From Octopus sinensis (lineage: Eukaryota): a DNA stretch of 64,000 bases. The notes under the pieces were generated by a model that was given only the letters and a program-made list of their open reading frames with translations, was not told where the DNA came from and searched no databases. Below are positions 26,031 through 38,455 of this stretch, in pieces (position 1 is the first letter of the stretch; each line of letters begins with the position of its first letter). The position numbers were made by a program, and so were the translations under genes. The stretch covers positions 33,542,001 through 33,606,000 of the forward strand of contig NC_043007.1 in assembly GCF_006345805.1 (NCBI RefSeq), read 5' to 3'.

Positions 26031-26194
26031 GCACATATGTCTATGTGTGTGTATGTGTATAATGTATATTTATGCATAGATATATATGAGCTGTCTATAT
26101 GGGTAAGCAGCTTATAAGTGTGAAATTTATGATTAACCCCTCTCTCTCTCTCTCTTACTCTCTCTGTCTACATATATAAATTTATAGATATATG

Positions 26195-26236
<42 letters not shown>

Positions 26237-26292
26237 TTAAGTAATGCAAACAGGAAAATAGAGACCAAAACCTGAACATATATATATATATG

Positions 26293-26341
<49 letters not shown>

Positions 26342-26368
26342 CTATTATTATTAGTTGGCAAAAGCTAC

Positions 26369-26511
26369 AGAGTGACTCAAGAGCTGAGAGCTTCATGTAT
26401 ATTTCAGGGAAATATCATTAGCACCAGTATAAACACATAAACCCTCTTTATTGAAACCAGTTTCATAAATGCCAAGGCATGGCACAAAACTCTCAGCTAT
26501 TGCGTCACTCT
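26369..26511. repeat. Inverted repeat, 22-bp arms with ~100-bp spacer
   Basis: agagtgactcaagagctgagag / ctctcagctattgcgtcactct. Confidence 0.75.
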
Positions 26512-26583
26512 TGATAACGTCTGTTGATTATTAATAATAAATATATGTATATATATACATATATATATATATATATCATAATA

Positions 26584-26627
<44 letters not shown>

Positions 26628-26738
26628 CACATGTCTGAGTGTGGTGTGTATGTGTGTGCATTTGTGAGTGTGTATGCATACATATATAAGTATGTACATA
26701 AAAATATATATGTATGTATATGTATGTGTATATATATG

Positions 26739-26777
<39 letters not shown>

Positions 26778-27396
26778 ATGTGTGTGTGTGTGTATTAAGC
26801 TTAGCTTTTGTTGTTTATCTCAAGTCTGTAGTTAAAAATATTTAAATAATTTTTTCCCACATCTCTCTGAACAGTCAAGATATTATCCTCCTGATATGAA
26901 ATGTAAAAATAAAATTAAATAAAAAAAATACAGAAAATTTTAAAATAATAAAAATTAATAAAATTGAATGCAATGAAAATGAAAAAAAAAAATTTGCTTA
27001 CTAATTATAAACAAAATGTATACAAGTTGGCAAATATCCATAGAGATACAACTAAAGACCATATTTACAAATACACATGATACACTTTGCTTACAAAATT
27101 AGGCATTTTCTTGTATACACAAAACACTCTATCAAAAAAAAAAAAAACCTATGCACAAAAAAAAAAATGAAAAAGCCACTGGCACACACAGATTCAGATT
27201 TGTGGAATATAAACATCTCTAAGTGCTGGTTGAAAACCCCAGAGGAGACAATTAGCTTGTAAGCATAGAACCTTTGGGTTTTGTTCCATAATCCTGTTTA
27301 GATTAGGCATAATAAACATGATAGATTCTGCCCACTTCTAATACAAGGATGTGTGTTAAACACACTTGTGTTTTTATGTGGCAACCAAACTACATC

Positions 27397-27399
<3 letters not shown>

Positions 27400-27430
<31 letters not shown>

Positions 27431-27538
27431 GAGAGGGAGTGAGTGTGTATGTGATTGTGTGGGAGTGTGGGAGAGTGTATGTGTGTGTGAGGGAGAGAGA
27501 GAGAGTGTGTGTGTATGTATGTGAGAGAGAGAGAGAGA

Positions 27539-27569
<31 letters not shown>

Positions 27570-27830
27570 AGAGAATGTGTGTGTGTGTGGATGTATATGT
27601 GTGTATGTGTGCGTACGTGAGAGTGAGAGTGCACATGTGTGTGTAAGAGAGAGAGAGACAGTGTGTGTATGTGTGTGCATGTGGGTGTCTGTGTGTATGT
27701 GTGTGAGAGAGAGAGAGAATATGTGTGTGTATGTGGGTGTGAATGTGTGTATGCATGTGTGTGTGAGAAAGTGAGAGAGTGTGTGTGTGAGAGAGAGAGT
27801 GTGTGTGTGTGTGTATGTGTGTGCATGTGT
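27400..27830. repeat. (GT)n/(GA)n compound microsatellite
   Basis: Visible dinucleotide repeats. Confidence 0.95.
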
Positions 27831-28159
27831 GGGTATATATGACTATGAGTACACTTGTATATATATCATATCATCATCATGATCATGATCATTTAACATC
27901 CGTTTTTCCATGCTGGCATGTGTTGGATGATTCAACAGGAGCTGATCAGCTAAAGAGCTACTCAGGCTCCATGTCTTGTTTTGGTACGTTTCCATGACTG
28001 GATGCCCTTCCTAATGCCAATCACTCGACAGAATGTACTGGGTGGTTTTATGCAGCACTGGCAGGGATACTTTTTCATGGCACCGATACAGATGCTTTTT
28101 ACATGGCACCAGCACCTACAAGCTCTCAAGATTAAGAACGGTCAGCTAAAGAGGAATGC

Positions 28160-28412
28160 CCACAAAATACTGAAAGGAAAAGTTCTGCTGGATGACACAT
28201 GTTGCAAGGTTGGTTTTTTACAACAGATGGACCCATGCAATTGCCAAGTTGTATCAAAAAGACTAGAAATGGTCACTTGAAGGGCCTCCGTGATAATGAG
28301 AAAATGATTTAGTTAAACAATTTGGGTCAAGATTGAAAAGAATGGCATAATCAAGACAGAACTGGAAGCACACTGTGACCAGCAGTGTGTAACAATATCT
28401 GATGGACTGATT
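28160..28412 (+). pseudogene. Old RTE-clade LINE C-terminus whose 3' end matches the SINE C tail
   Basis: Decayed KRKKFCWMTHVARL..NRWTHAIAKLYQKD*KWSLEGPP..ENDLVKQFG resembles RTE KW.WAGHVAR..DNRWT....W.P...KR..GRP..RW.DD; ends gaagcacactgtgaccagcagtgtgtaacaatatctgatggactg. Confidence 0.65.
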
Positions 28413-28922
28413 GAAATTGTGATGGAAAAGATGTTTTCCTGGGGCTTAAACAACAGTAACATTGTTCTTTATAGGACTGCCACATTCACTTGGCAAATAA
28501 ACATTACTATTTGGTGCTGTTAAAACAAGTTGTTTTTCTCTCTCTGTCTTATATATACATGCATGTATGTATGTATGTATGCATCAAGCAGTTGGCATTT
28601 GGAAGGAAATCTAACTGTAAAAACCATGCCAAAACTGATCTCAGTTGTGCTAGGACCAGGTAAAAAGCACTCAGTCCACTCTGCAGGGTGGTTGGTGTTA
28701 GGAAGAGCATCCAACTGTAAAAACCATGCCAAAACAGACACAGAAGTCTGGTGCAGTCTTCTGCCTGGCTCCTATCAAACCATCCAACCCATGCCAGTAT
28801 GGAAGGTAGACGTTAAACGATGATGATGATAATGATGATGAGGATAATGATGATAATGATGATGATGATGATGATGATGATGAGATGATGATGATGATGG
28901 TGGTGACGATGATGGCGATGAC

Positions 28923-28964
<42 letters not shown>

Positions 28965-29843
28965 TTCCTGATAATATTTAATTCTAAAAATTACTCAAGG
29001 GTAAAACGGGGAATCAGAGGGATCCAAAGGTAAAAAAAAATAGTTGAGAACCACTTATCTAATATTATAAAGGGCAAGTATGGAAAGAAGGTGTGAGAGA
29101 AAGGAAACAGGGAAAAGAACAGTAGTATGAATGAATTGGATAGGAGAAAAAAAAATATCATGTATTAAGCATTCAGATTTTTTTCCCCAACTGACAATGC
29201 AATCTCTATGTGTAGAGTATATTTCACATATAACTTAATATGGCGTAATCCACTGTAAATAAAATAGAATATGTCACAGCTGTATGTAAAAAGATTGTAA
29301 TATATACACAACTCTTCACACACTTGATAACTAAGTTAGCAATCAACACAGCACTGTTTCTGAGGTAATTTGATATTTATTTTAAACACTAATATTCGTA
29401 GTTCATTGTGTGCTTTGAATGTATACCATTGCGAGTATATTAGTGTACATTATGTATATGCATCTGCGTGTATTTATCCAGCTATATATCTATCTGATTG
29501 TGAGCGTTATACACACACACACACACATATATAATATATATATATGCATTTCATATTATATATATATATGCATTTCATATTATATATATATATACATACA
29601 TATATATATATATATATGTGCATTTCATATTTTATATATATACATACATATATATATATATGCATTTCATATTTTATATATATATATTCTATAATATATA
29701 TATATTCTATATATATATGTATATATATTTCATATATATATTTTACACACACACATACATATATATAAGTACATACATATATATCTATATGCTCAAAAAA
29801 CATACGTGTATATGTATATACCTATATCTACATATCTATCCAT

Positions 29844-29884
<41 letters not shown>

Positions 29885-30424
29885 GCATGCATGTGTATAG
29901 GTGTTTGTAGTACGCATACACACAAATATATATACATGCACATTTTCTCATAATACATCCTTACTGATGTATGTTTGCACCACACAGAAAAAAAATGCTG
30001 TAAATTATTCCATAACAAGTATTTAGTTGCTAAAACAAATATCAGAAGCAAATAACAAACAGGAAATTGGAATCAACTGAAGTGAAAATGATTCTGCCAT
30101 GGAATGGTAAATATAATTATGGTTTTCAAAAATAGGTACGAGACCTCATATGTTTAGGGGTATCATATAGTTGATTAAATTGCTCATATTACTTATTTTA
30201 TAGGCTATTTGTTTATTTCATCAACCTCAGAAGGATCAATCTATGCTTAAAATAGTTGTTATATCACCCTCTATTCACACTGTGTTGTCTTAACATTGGG
30301 TAGTATCGCTGTGGATATATTGGATCAGAATCAAGGAGATGTTTGTGAAGGCAATGTTTCTTAGTTGGCAGAAGGGGAAGGGCTGTCCATTTAGAGCTAA
30401 GCAGTACCAAGGACAATGACAACA

Positions 30425-30980
30425 ACATCATCATCATCATCATCATCATCATTTAGTGTCTGCTTTCCATGCTGGCATGGGTTAGACAGTTTGATTGAAA
30501 CTGGTCACCAGGTTCCAATCTGATTTGGCATGGTTTCTATGGCTGGATATCCTTCCTGACACCATCTACTCCAAGATTGTAATGGGGCCATTCAAGAATT
30601 TGGACCTGGAGATCTCCATTTGCAGCGACTTTGAGTGCTACCTCCCAGTGGTGTCAGGTGTCAACGAAGAGCCCTCGACTACAACAAGACAACCAAAGTT
30701 TTCTTTTCCCAAGGTCTGGGGTCTCCTGCCCCTAAGCCCTAGACCATCACCTAATCACCCTTACCCATCTTGTTGCTTAACAACAACAACAAAAAAAAAA
30801 GAGTGTAATAGGTGCTTCCTATGTGCCACCAGCACATATACATGACTGATTTCACTAGGCTTGACAAGTCTTCTCATGCATGGCATATAGCCAAAGGTCA
30901 TTGTCTCTGTGAGGTCCAATCTTCAAAGGGTGCTTCTTACATGCCACTAGCATAGATGCCAGTTATGTGACTTTAGAAGG
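30425..30980 (-). mobile_element. RTE LINE 3' UTR fragment interrupted by an insertion at 30587-30800
   Basis: (CAT)n + terminus; sequence resumes 'gagtgtaataggtgcttcctatgtgccaccagcac' after the insert. Confidence 0.75.
30587..30800 (+). mobile_element. Unclassified retroposed insert with (CAA)n-poly(A) tail and ~12-bp TSD
   Basis: Flanked by gattgtaatggg / gagtgtaatagg; ends caacaacaacaaaaaaaaaa. Confidence 0.65.
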
Positions 30981-31027
30981 TCAAAAAAGCAGAGTGAAGT
31001 CAGGCAGGTTTTTTTTGTTAACACATA

Positions 31028-31198
31028 GGTGCAGGAGTGGCTGTGTGGTAAGTAGCTTGCTTACCAGCCACATGGTTACGGGTTCAGTCCCACTGCGTGG
31101 CACCTTGGGCAAGTCTCTTTTACTATAGCCTCGGGCCGACCAAAGCCTTGTGAATGGATTTGGTAGACAGAAACTGAAAGAAGCCCGTTATATACATG

Positions 31199-31230
<32 letters not shown>

Positions 31231-31442
31231 CATGTGTTTGTGTGTCTGTGTTTGTCCCCCAACATCACTTTCCAACTGATGCTGGTGTGTTTACACCCCC
31301 GTAACTTAGCAGTTCGGCAAAAGAGACTGATAGAATAAGTACTAGGCTTCCATAGAATAAGTCCTGGGGCCGATTTGCTCGACTTAAAGGTGGTGCTCCA
31401 GCATGGCCAGAGTCACATGACTGAAACACGTAAAAGAGTAAA
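31028..31442 (+). mobile_element. SINE family A, full length
   Basis: Colinear with 23223-23655. Confidence 0.9.
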
Positions 31443-32055
31443 CTCGGAATGTAAAGTGTCATGATCAAATATAGTATTTAAGACATTTTTTGTCTACCGA
31501 TTTTGTTAGCCAGCCAACTGCTGACTTTAGCCATGTTATTGTTTTCATGAGCTACCAACTGATTTTGTCATCCAGCCAGCCATCACTCCTTTTAGCTGTG
31601 TTATGTTTTTTGGAAAAAGTTACATTAGATATAGACAATAAATGAAAGATAGGTCTATGTAAAATTTGCATAAGAAACAGCTATAGGGGACAAGAGAAAA
31701 ATACAATGGAATGTTGAGTGGAACAGGTAAAATGTTACATGGTATGCAACCAGTTAGTCTTTAGTCAGAGGAGGAAAGACAGCACTCATGACCACTTCTA
31801 GTGGCTCTGAGGTAGCTAGATATATCTGGACCATCTTAGTAGCATTATAGGCTCAAGATCAAATCAATGCTCTGGGCCCTGTAAACTGCAGCATATATAA
31901 ATAAGAATTGGAACCCTTGGCCTGTGGGGCTCCTGGGCAACTGCCCAGTGTAGTCATGCTTTAATCCTTTATCATTTAAACCGGCTGTATCCATCCCAAA
32001 TACTATACCTGTTTTATGTTCAGATCAACCATATCAAGCCCCAATATTCTACTTG

Positions 32056-32078
32056 TGGTGATGATGGTGATGGTGATG

Positions 32079-32126
<48 letters not shown>

Positions 32127-32257
32127 GGAGGAGGAGGAGGAGGAGGAGGAGGAGGAGGAGGGGAGGAGGAGGAGGAGGAAGAGAAGAAGAAGAAGAAGAA
32201 GAAGAAGAGAAGAAGAAGAAGAAGAAGAAGCAGAAGAAGAAGAAGAAGAGGAGGAAG
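32056..32257. repeat. Compound (GAT)n-(GAG)n-(GAA)n microsatellite
   Basis: Visible triplets; ~130-nt almost pure purine tract. Confidence 0.95.
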
Positions 32258-32544
32258 TGTAGGAATAATAAAATGCTTTATGAATCTCAGTGGGATAGGA
32301 AAATATCTTTTGATCTGAGTGATATTTGATTTTGAACTCAGACACAGTTAATTAGTGAGGAAGAAGTTTGCTTTATAATGGTGTGTTTTGGAGTTCGTCT
32401 CAGGCTGATTGCATGATATCAAACCCAGATGTATTCTACCATAGCTTTCGGTTGATCGATAGCATGTAAATGAAGGGATTTTGGCTAAACTCGTGGAGTA
32501 GCCTGTTGTATATGTGTGTAAGTACATATGTATATACATACAAA

Positions 32545-32580
<36 letters not shown>

Positions 32581-32605
32581 TTTGTATGTATATACATATG
32601 TACTT

Positions 32606-32637
<32 letters not shown>

Positions 32638-32642
32638 CATCT

Positions 32643-32954
32643 GTGGAGGCGCAATGGCCAGTGGTTAGGGCCCTGGACTCGCGGTCGTAGGGTCGTGGTT
32701 TCGATTCCCAGACCAGGCATTGTGAGTGTTTATTGAGCAAAAATACCTAAAAGTTCCAAGAGGTTCCGGCAGGGGGTGGTGTCAATCCCTGCTGTACTCT
32801 TTCACCACATCTTTCTTTCACACTTTCTTCTGTCGGCCTGCTTGCTTAGCCAGCGGGGTGGCGTCATTCGAAGGCTAAAACAATGCGAAGTACATTGTGA
32901 CCAGCGATGTGTAGCAACATCTAATAGCCTGATCGGTCACCGTGATCACATGAT
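32643..32954 (+). mobile_element. tRNA-derived SINE family C (duplicate at 34544-34858)
   Basis: Head ggaggcgcaatggccagtggttagggc..ggactcgcggtcgtagg..ggtttcgattccc with A and B boxes; tail gtgaccagcgatgtgtagcaacatct...gtgatcacatgat. Confidence 0.85.
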
Positions 32955-33684
32955 ATCATATCGATATCTATTAATAGATAATCTCTCTCTCTCCTCCTCT
33001 CTTTCTATTTTTACATATATATATTGTGGGCTCTCCTGTCTTAGAATGACGGATGAGGTTTCCACAATTACTTGAATAACATGAACAGATAATTTATTTA
33101 TAGTGATCAAATATTTTTGTTGCACATTTGCTCACTCCTTCCATCAAATTGATATTTCCTGTACAGGTGCATGGTGAGCCACGTATCACATATCAAAGTG
33201 ATCACAAAGCAACTGGAAATGAAGAGTTTTGCTACTGACAGAGACCAAAACCACAACCATTCAATTCTGAGGGCAACATCCTCACCACTACATCACACAC
33301 ACACACACACACACACATTAAATACACAACTGTTCAAGTTTTTCCTCTTTTATTTGTGATTTTTTATATTTTCATATTAACCTTTTTTACAGCTAGTTTG
33401 ACACAATAAGGTTCCAAAATTCATATTTAACATTTCCAGACCTTCACAAACACATTTTCAGACATACCCATATAAAAATACAAAATATCATATTTTCATA
33501 TGGATGTGTCTGTATTAACATTATTGTTATTTATATTAATTTAGGACAATAACTATTTTTATAACTGTATATATTTTTATATTATGTATTAATTTTAATA
33601 GTACACTGTATTTTTCCTGTTTGATTATTTAATATTTTCATTATGATTTCAATATGATATATATAAATTTCTTTGTATCTTCTT

Positions 33685-33785
33685 CCCTGATGATATTCTG
33701 GCTTATAATAATTAACCAAATTGATTTAATTAAATTGAATTTGATTGATTTTATACTATAAGCAAAGAATTGAAACAATTGTAGG
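33685..33785 (+). ncRNA. Hammerhead motif with long stem II
   Basis: CC-CUGAUGA-UAUUCUGGCUUAUA...UAUAAGCAAAGAAUU-GAAA-CAAUUG-UA-GG; palindrome ACAAUUGU, GUA triplet. Confidence 0.7.
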
Positions 33786-33900
33786 TCTTGTCAATGTATT
33801 AATAAATTTTTATTAATCATATCTCCATCTCTTCCCTTGGTTTTTATATGTGTGTATGTCTATATATATGTATGTATGTATATGTATATGTATATGTATA

Positions 33901-34360
33901 TGGATTTGAGAAATCTCGAGTTGCACATGAGAAAGTAAGGAAGGATGTCAGGAAGGGCATTGCTGTTACACTTCCAGATGGGAAGGATCTTCCTTTGATG
34001 CTGACCTGCAATGACTGTGCAAGACCCTGCCTCAGTAAAGCTGGACTCAAGAGTCATCTTTGTAGTCATGAAGTGAGACAGATGAGTGACAACCTGGCCA
34101 CTGGTGGTGGTGTAACACACCATACTAATCGTATCTGTCGGGCATGTGGAAGAGAGTGTAATTTGGCAGGAGGACTTAATGACATGCAAAGGTACATGAA
34201 GCCCAGTTACAACTACAGCCGGCTATTACCGGTAAAGGTTTTAGTTGCCAATTCTGTACAGGACATTGCAGATCTTTAGCTGGGCTAAAAAGTCACATTC
34301 GATCACAGCACCAGTAACAATTAAGCTTCGTGCAATGACCATACAAGGGGGCAGCCATAA
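33901..34360 (+). pseudogene. RTE-type LINE 3' end with three C2H2-like zinc fingers
   Basis: FEKSRVAHEKVRKDVRK...CNDCARPCLSKAGLKSHLCSH...CRACGRECNLAGGL / frameshift / *HAKVH...CQFCTGHCRSLAGLKSHIRSQHQ* (stop 34315-34317); 5'-truncated in a TA tract. Confidence 0.7.
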
Positions 34361-34380
34361 TTATTTCTTTATTACCCACA

Positions 34381-35292
34381 AGTAGCCTGTTGTATATGTG
34401 TGTAAGTACATATGTATATACATACAAATACTATATATATATATAATATATATATATATATATAATTATATATTATAGTATTTGTATGTATATACATATG
34501 TACTTACACACACACATATATTATATATATTATTCATATATCTGTGGAGGCGCAAATGGCCAGTGGTTAGGGCCCTGGACTCGCGGTCGTAGGTCGTGGT
34601 TTCGATTCCAGACCAGGCATTGTGAGTGTTTATTTGAGCAAAAATACCTAAAAGTTCCAAGAGGTTCCGGCAGGGGGTGGTGTCAATCCCTGCTGTACTC
34701 TTTCACCACACTCTTTTTCACACTTTCTTCTGTCGGCCTGCTTGCTTAGCCAGCGGGGTTGCGTCATTTTCGAAGGCTAAAACAATGCGAAGTCATTGTG
34801 ACCAGCGCGATGTGTAGCAACATCTGATAGCCTGATCGGTCACCGTGATCACATGATATCATATCGATATCTATTAATAGATAATCTCTCTCTCTCCTCC
34901 TCTCTTTCTATTTTTACATATATATATTGTGGGCTCTCCTGTCTTAGAATGACGGATGAGGTTTCCACAATTACTTGAATAACATGAACAGATAATTTAT
35001 TTATAGTGATCAAATATTTTTGTTGCACATTTGCTCACTCCTTCCATCAAATTGATATTTCCTGTACAGGTGCATGGTGAGCCACGTATCACATATCAAA
35101 GTGATCACAAAGCAACTGGAAATGAAGAGTTTTGCTACTGACAGAGACCAAAATCACAACCATTCAATTCTGAGGGCAACATCCTCCCCTACTCACACAC
35201 AACACACACCCACACACACACACACACCCACATTAAATACACAACTGTTCAAGTTTTTCCTCTTTTATTTGTGATTTTTTATATTTTCATAT
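34381..35292 (+). repeat. Dispersed copy of 32498-33378
   Basis: Colinear from 'agtagcctgttgtatatg' to 'tttcatatta'; shared ORF-track peptide at 33171 and 35074. Confidence 0.95.
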
Positions 35293-35302
35293 TATGTGTG
35301 TA

Positions 35303-35515
35303 TGGGACAAACACAGAAGGGACAAACAAGGACAGATATCGACCCCAGTGCGTAACTGGTACTTAATTTATCGACCCCGAAAGGATGAAAGGCAAAGTCG
35401 ACCTCGGCGGAATTTCTTTACTACCCACAAGGGACTAAACACAAAGGGGACAAACAAGGACAAACAAACGGATTAAGTCGATTACATTGACTCCAGCACG
35501 TAACTGGTACTTATT
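35303..35515 (-). mobile_element. Two rearranged partial SINE B copies
   Basis: 'cgaccccgaaaggatgaaaggcaaagtcgacctcggcggaattt' followed by a second 'tttctttactacccacaagg'. Confidence 0.8.
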
Positions 35516-36112
35516 TATGAATACAGGCTGTATATTATTGGGGATGTCATTAATATTTTGCATTACAAACATATATACATTGTGTGTATATATTCAATAT
35601 AAGGTTGTTATGCCTTATGATACTGAATGGACTTTAGCTATTTGATAATGAAAGATTGATGAAATGGCACAGAAAATACTGTCTCCAATGCAATCAATCA
35701 TAAGTCTCAATGAGTAATGATCTAGTTATGACTGCTGTCCAAAGACTGCAGCCAGTAACAGAACTAAAATAGAATCAGAATATAGATATGTGTACAGATT
35801 TCGGGGTTGCACCGAGAAAGGTTGAAGTCCAAAACCTAAAAGCAGTAAATTTACAGCATAATCGTTAGTTCATCCATTTACCAATATACTATATAAATCA
35901 TTCACTTTGACCTTCATAGATAAGTCAACTCATACAGTCAAGTAATGATATTCATTAGCCTACACAGTGTGTTAATTATACTGATTTAATTAACTTAGTG
36001 CTTATCCTGTTTATTAGTGTGTCAAACTGTCACACACACACATACACACACACACCACACACATACACACATAAAAAACACACATATATGTATATATAAT
36101 ATATATAGAAAC

Positions 36113-36143
<31 letters not shown>

Positions 36144-36334
36144 AATATATAAATATATATAATTGTATATATATATATATATGAATATATATATATAAAT
36201 ATATAACCACGGAGTGGTTGGCATCCAGCTGTAGAAACACTGCCAGATCAGACTGGGCCTGGTGCAGCCTTCTGGCTTCCCAGACCCCAGTTGAACCGTC
36301 CAACCCATACTAGCATGGAAAGCGGACGTTAAAC

Positions 36335-36367
<33 letters not shown>

Positions 36368-36830
36368 ATATACACACACACATATATATCTTAATATTAA
36401 TAATAATGAGTATTGAGACTTGTACATCCACAAAATTTATTTTAGAGTTATATACATCATATTATGGTAATCTGCACATGTTTCCACTGCAGTGACGTGT
36501 GTGTGTGTATGTGTGTGTGTGTGTGTTGTGTGGAGGTGGAATGGTACACCAGAAAGAGCTATAAGAATCTAAAAGACTACCATAGAAAACCTAGACAAAA
36601 AGTAAGTGAGGAACAACATCAGGTAGCAGGAAAATAAGCTAGCCATCAGGTATACTTAAAAATGAAGGAGATAAATTGAAAGTAAGGGAGTTGCCGTTGT
36701 TTTGTGATGAATAGATTACAAACATGAGGTGTTCCAGAGTGCACTGGTAAAAACCAAGATATCATTGTTGAAAATTGTATATGAGAAGAGACAGCAACAT
36801 ACTTATTCTCACTGATGCTAAAAAGAGAGC

Positions 36831-37623
36831 AGCGTAGGAGTGGCTGTGTGGTAAGTAGCTTGCTAACCAACCACATGGTTCCGGGTTCAGTCCCACTGCG
36901 TGGCATCTTGGGCAAGTGTCTTCTGCTATAGCCCCAGGCCGACCAATGCCTTGTGAGTGGATTTGGTAGACGGAAACGGAAAAAAGCCTGTCCGTTGCCA
37001 GCCTCGGCTGGCCCCCGTGCCGGTGACACGTAAAAGCACCGTCCGCTCGTGGCCGTTTGCCAGCTCTGTCTGGCAACCGTGTCGGTGGCACGTAAAAGCA
37101 CCATCCGTTCGCATCTGTTGCCAGCCTCGGCTGGCCCCCGTGCCGGTGACACGTAAAAGCACCGTCCGTTCGTGGCCGGTTGCCAGCTCTGTCTGGCACC
37201 TGTGCAGGTGGCACGTAAAAAACACCCACTACACTCGCGGAGTGGTTGGCGTTAGGAAGGGCATCCAGCTGTAGAAACACTGCCAGATCTGACTGGGCCT
37301 GACGAAGCCTTCCAGCTTCACAGACCCCAGTTGACCCGTCCAACCCATGCTAGCATGGAAAACGGATGCTAAACGATGATGATGATGATGATGATGTGTG
37401 TGTGTTTGTGTGTCTGTGTTTGTCCCCCTAGCATTGCTTGACAACCGATGCTGGTGTGTTTACGTCCCCGTTACTTAGCGGTTCGGCAAAAGAGACCGAT
37501 AGAATAAGTACTGGGCTTACAAAGAATAAGTCCCGGGGTCGATTTGTTCGACTAAAGGCGGTGCTCCAGCATGGCCGCAGTCAAATGACTGAAACAAGTA
37601 AAAGAGTAAAAGAGTAAAAGAGT
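36831..37623 (+). mobile_element. SINE A split by a nested RTE 3' UTR (36994-37395)
   Basis: SINE head 36831-36993, RTE ~60-bp repeat units + terminus + (GAT)n, SINE tail 37396-37623. Confidence 0.9.
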
Positions 37624-37906
37624 AGTAGTGCTACAGCAGGTTGCAGGAAGAGGAGATTGAGTGTGAGAGAGAAGAGCTATCTTAATGAAGAACCGATCAG
37701 TAGGATCAGCTATTAAAGTTCACAGCTATATATTTCAAAGTTTAATTAATGGTATAGATGCAAAGCAAAGCGGCATGGCCCATTAAGGACAGTTGTTGAG
37801 ATGCTGAAAATATATGGGAAGCTGGATGCATGCTAATCAATCATATAGCCAACGGGGGAATAGTAGTATGGGAAGCTGTCATTCTTGTTCACTGGCAGAA
37901 CACTAC

Positions 37907-38117
37907 CATCATCATCACCGTCGTCGTCATCATTGTTGTTGTCGTCATCATCGTCATCGTCATCATCAATATCCTCATCATCGTCAATATCATCGTCGTC
38001 GTCATCATCATCATCATCATCATCGTCATCATCATCATCGTCATCATCATCATCGTCATCATCGTCATCATCGTCGTCGTCGTCGTCGTCGTCGTCATCA
38101 TCATCATCATCATCATC

Positions 38118-38166
<49 letters not shown>

Positions 38167-38455
38167 GATCAATATCATCATCATCATTTAACATCTGTTT
38201 TCCATGCTGACATAAGTTGGACAGCTTGACAAGAACTAGCAAGGCCAGGGGTCACACCATGTTCCATAGTCAGTTTTGGCAAGGTTTCTACTGCTGGATG
38301 CCCTTCCTAATGCCCACTACTTTGGAGAGTGTACTAGGTGCTTTTAATGATACACCAGCACCGATGCTTTTTATGTGGCACCAACTACAATGATTTTGGT
38401 GTGGCACAAACACCAATGCTTTTAATGTGGCACCGGCATTAATGCTTTTTATGTG
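37907..38455 (-). mobile_element. RTE 3' UTR fragment with expanded (CAT/CGT)n tail
   Basis: Triplet tract 37907-38187, then the terminus and 'atgctttttatgtggcacc' units. Confidence 0.8.

Noticed and set aside
32643-32715. tRNA gene (and similar heads in SINE families A, B and E)
   Set aside because: tRNA-like heads run directly into SINE bodies in multiple copies; no intact cloverleaf or terminator.
36994-37225. CRISPR-like array
   Set aside because: The 'spacers' are themselves repeated, the context is a eukaryotic LINE UTR, and there are no cas genes.
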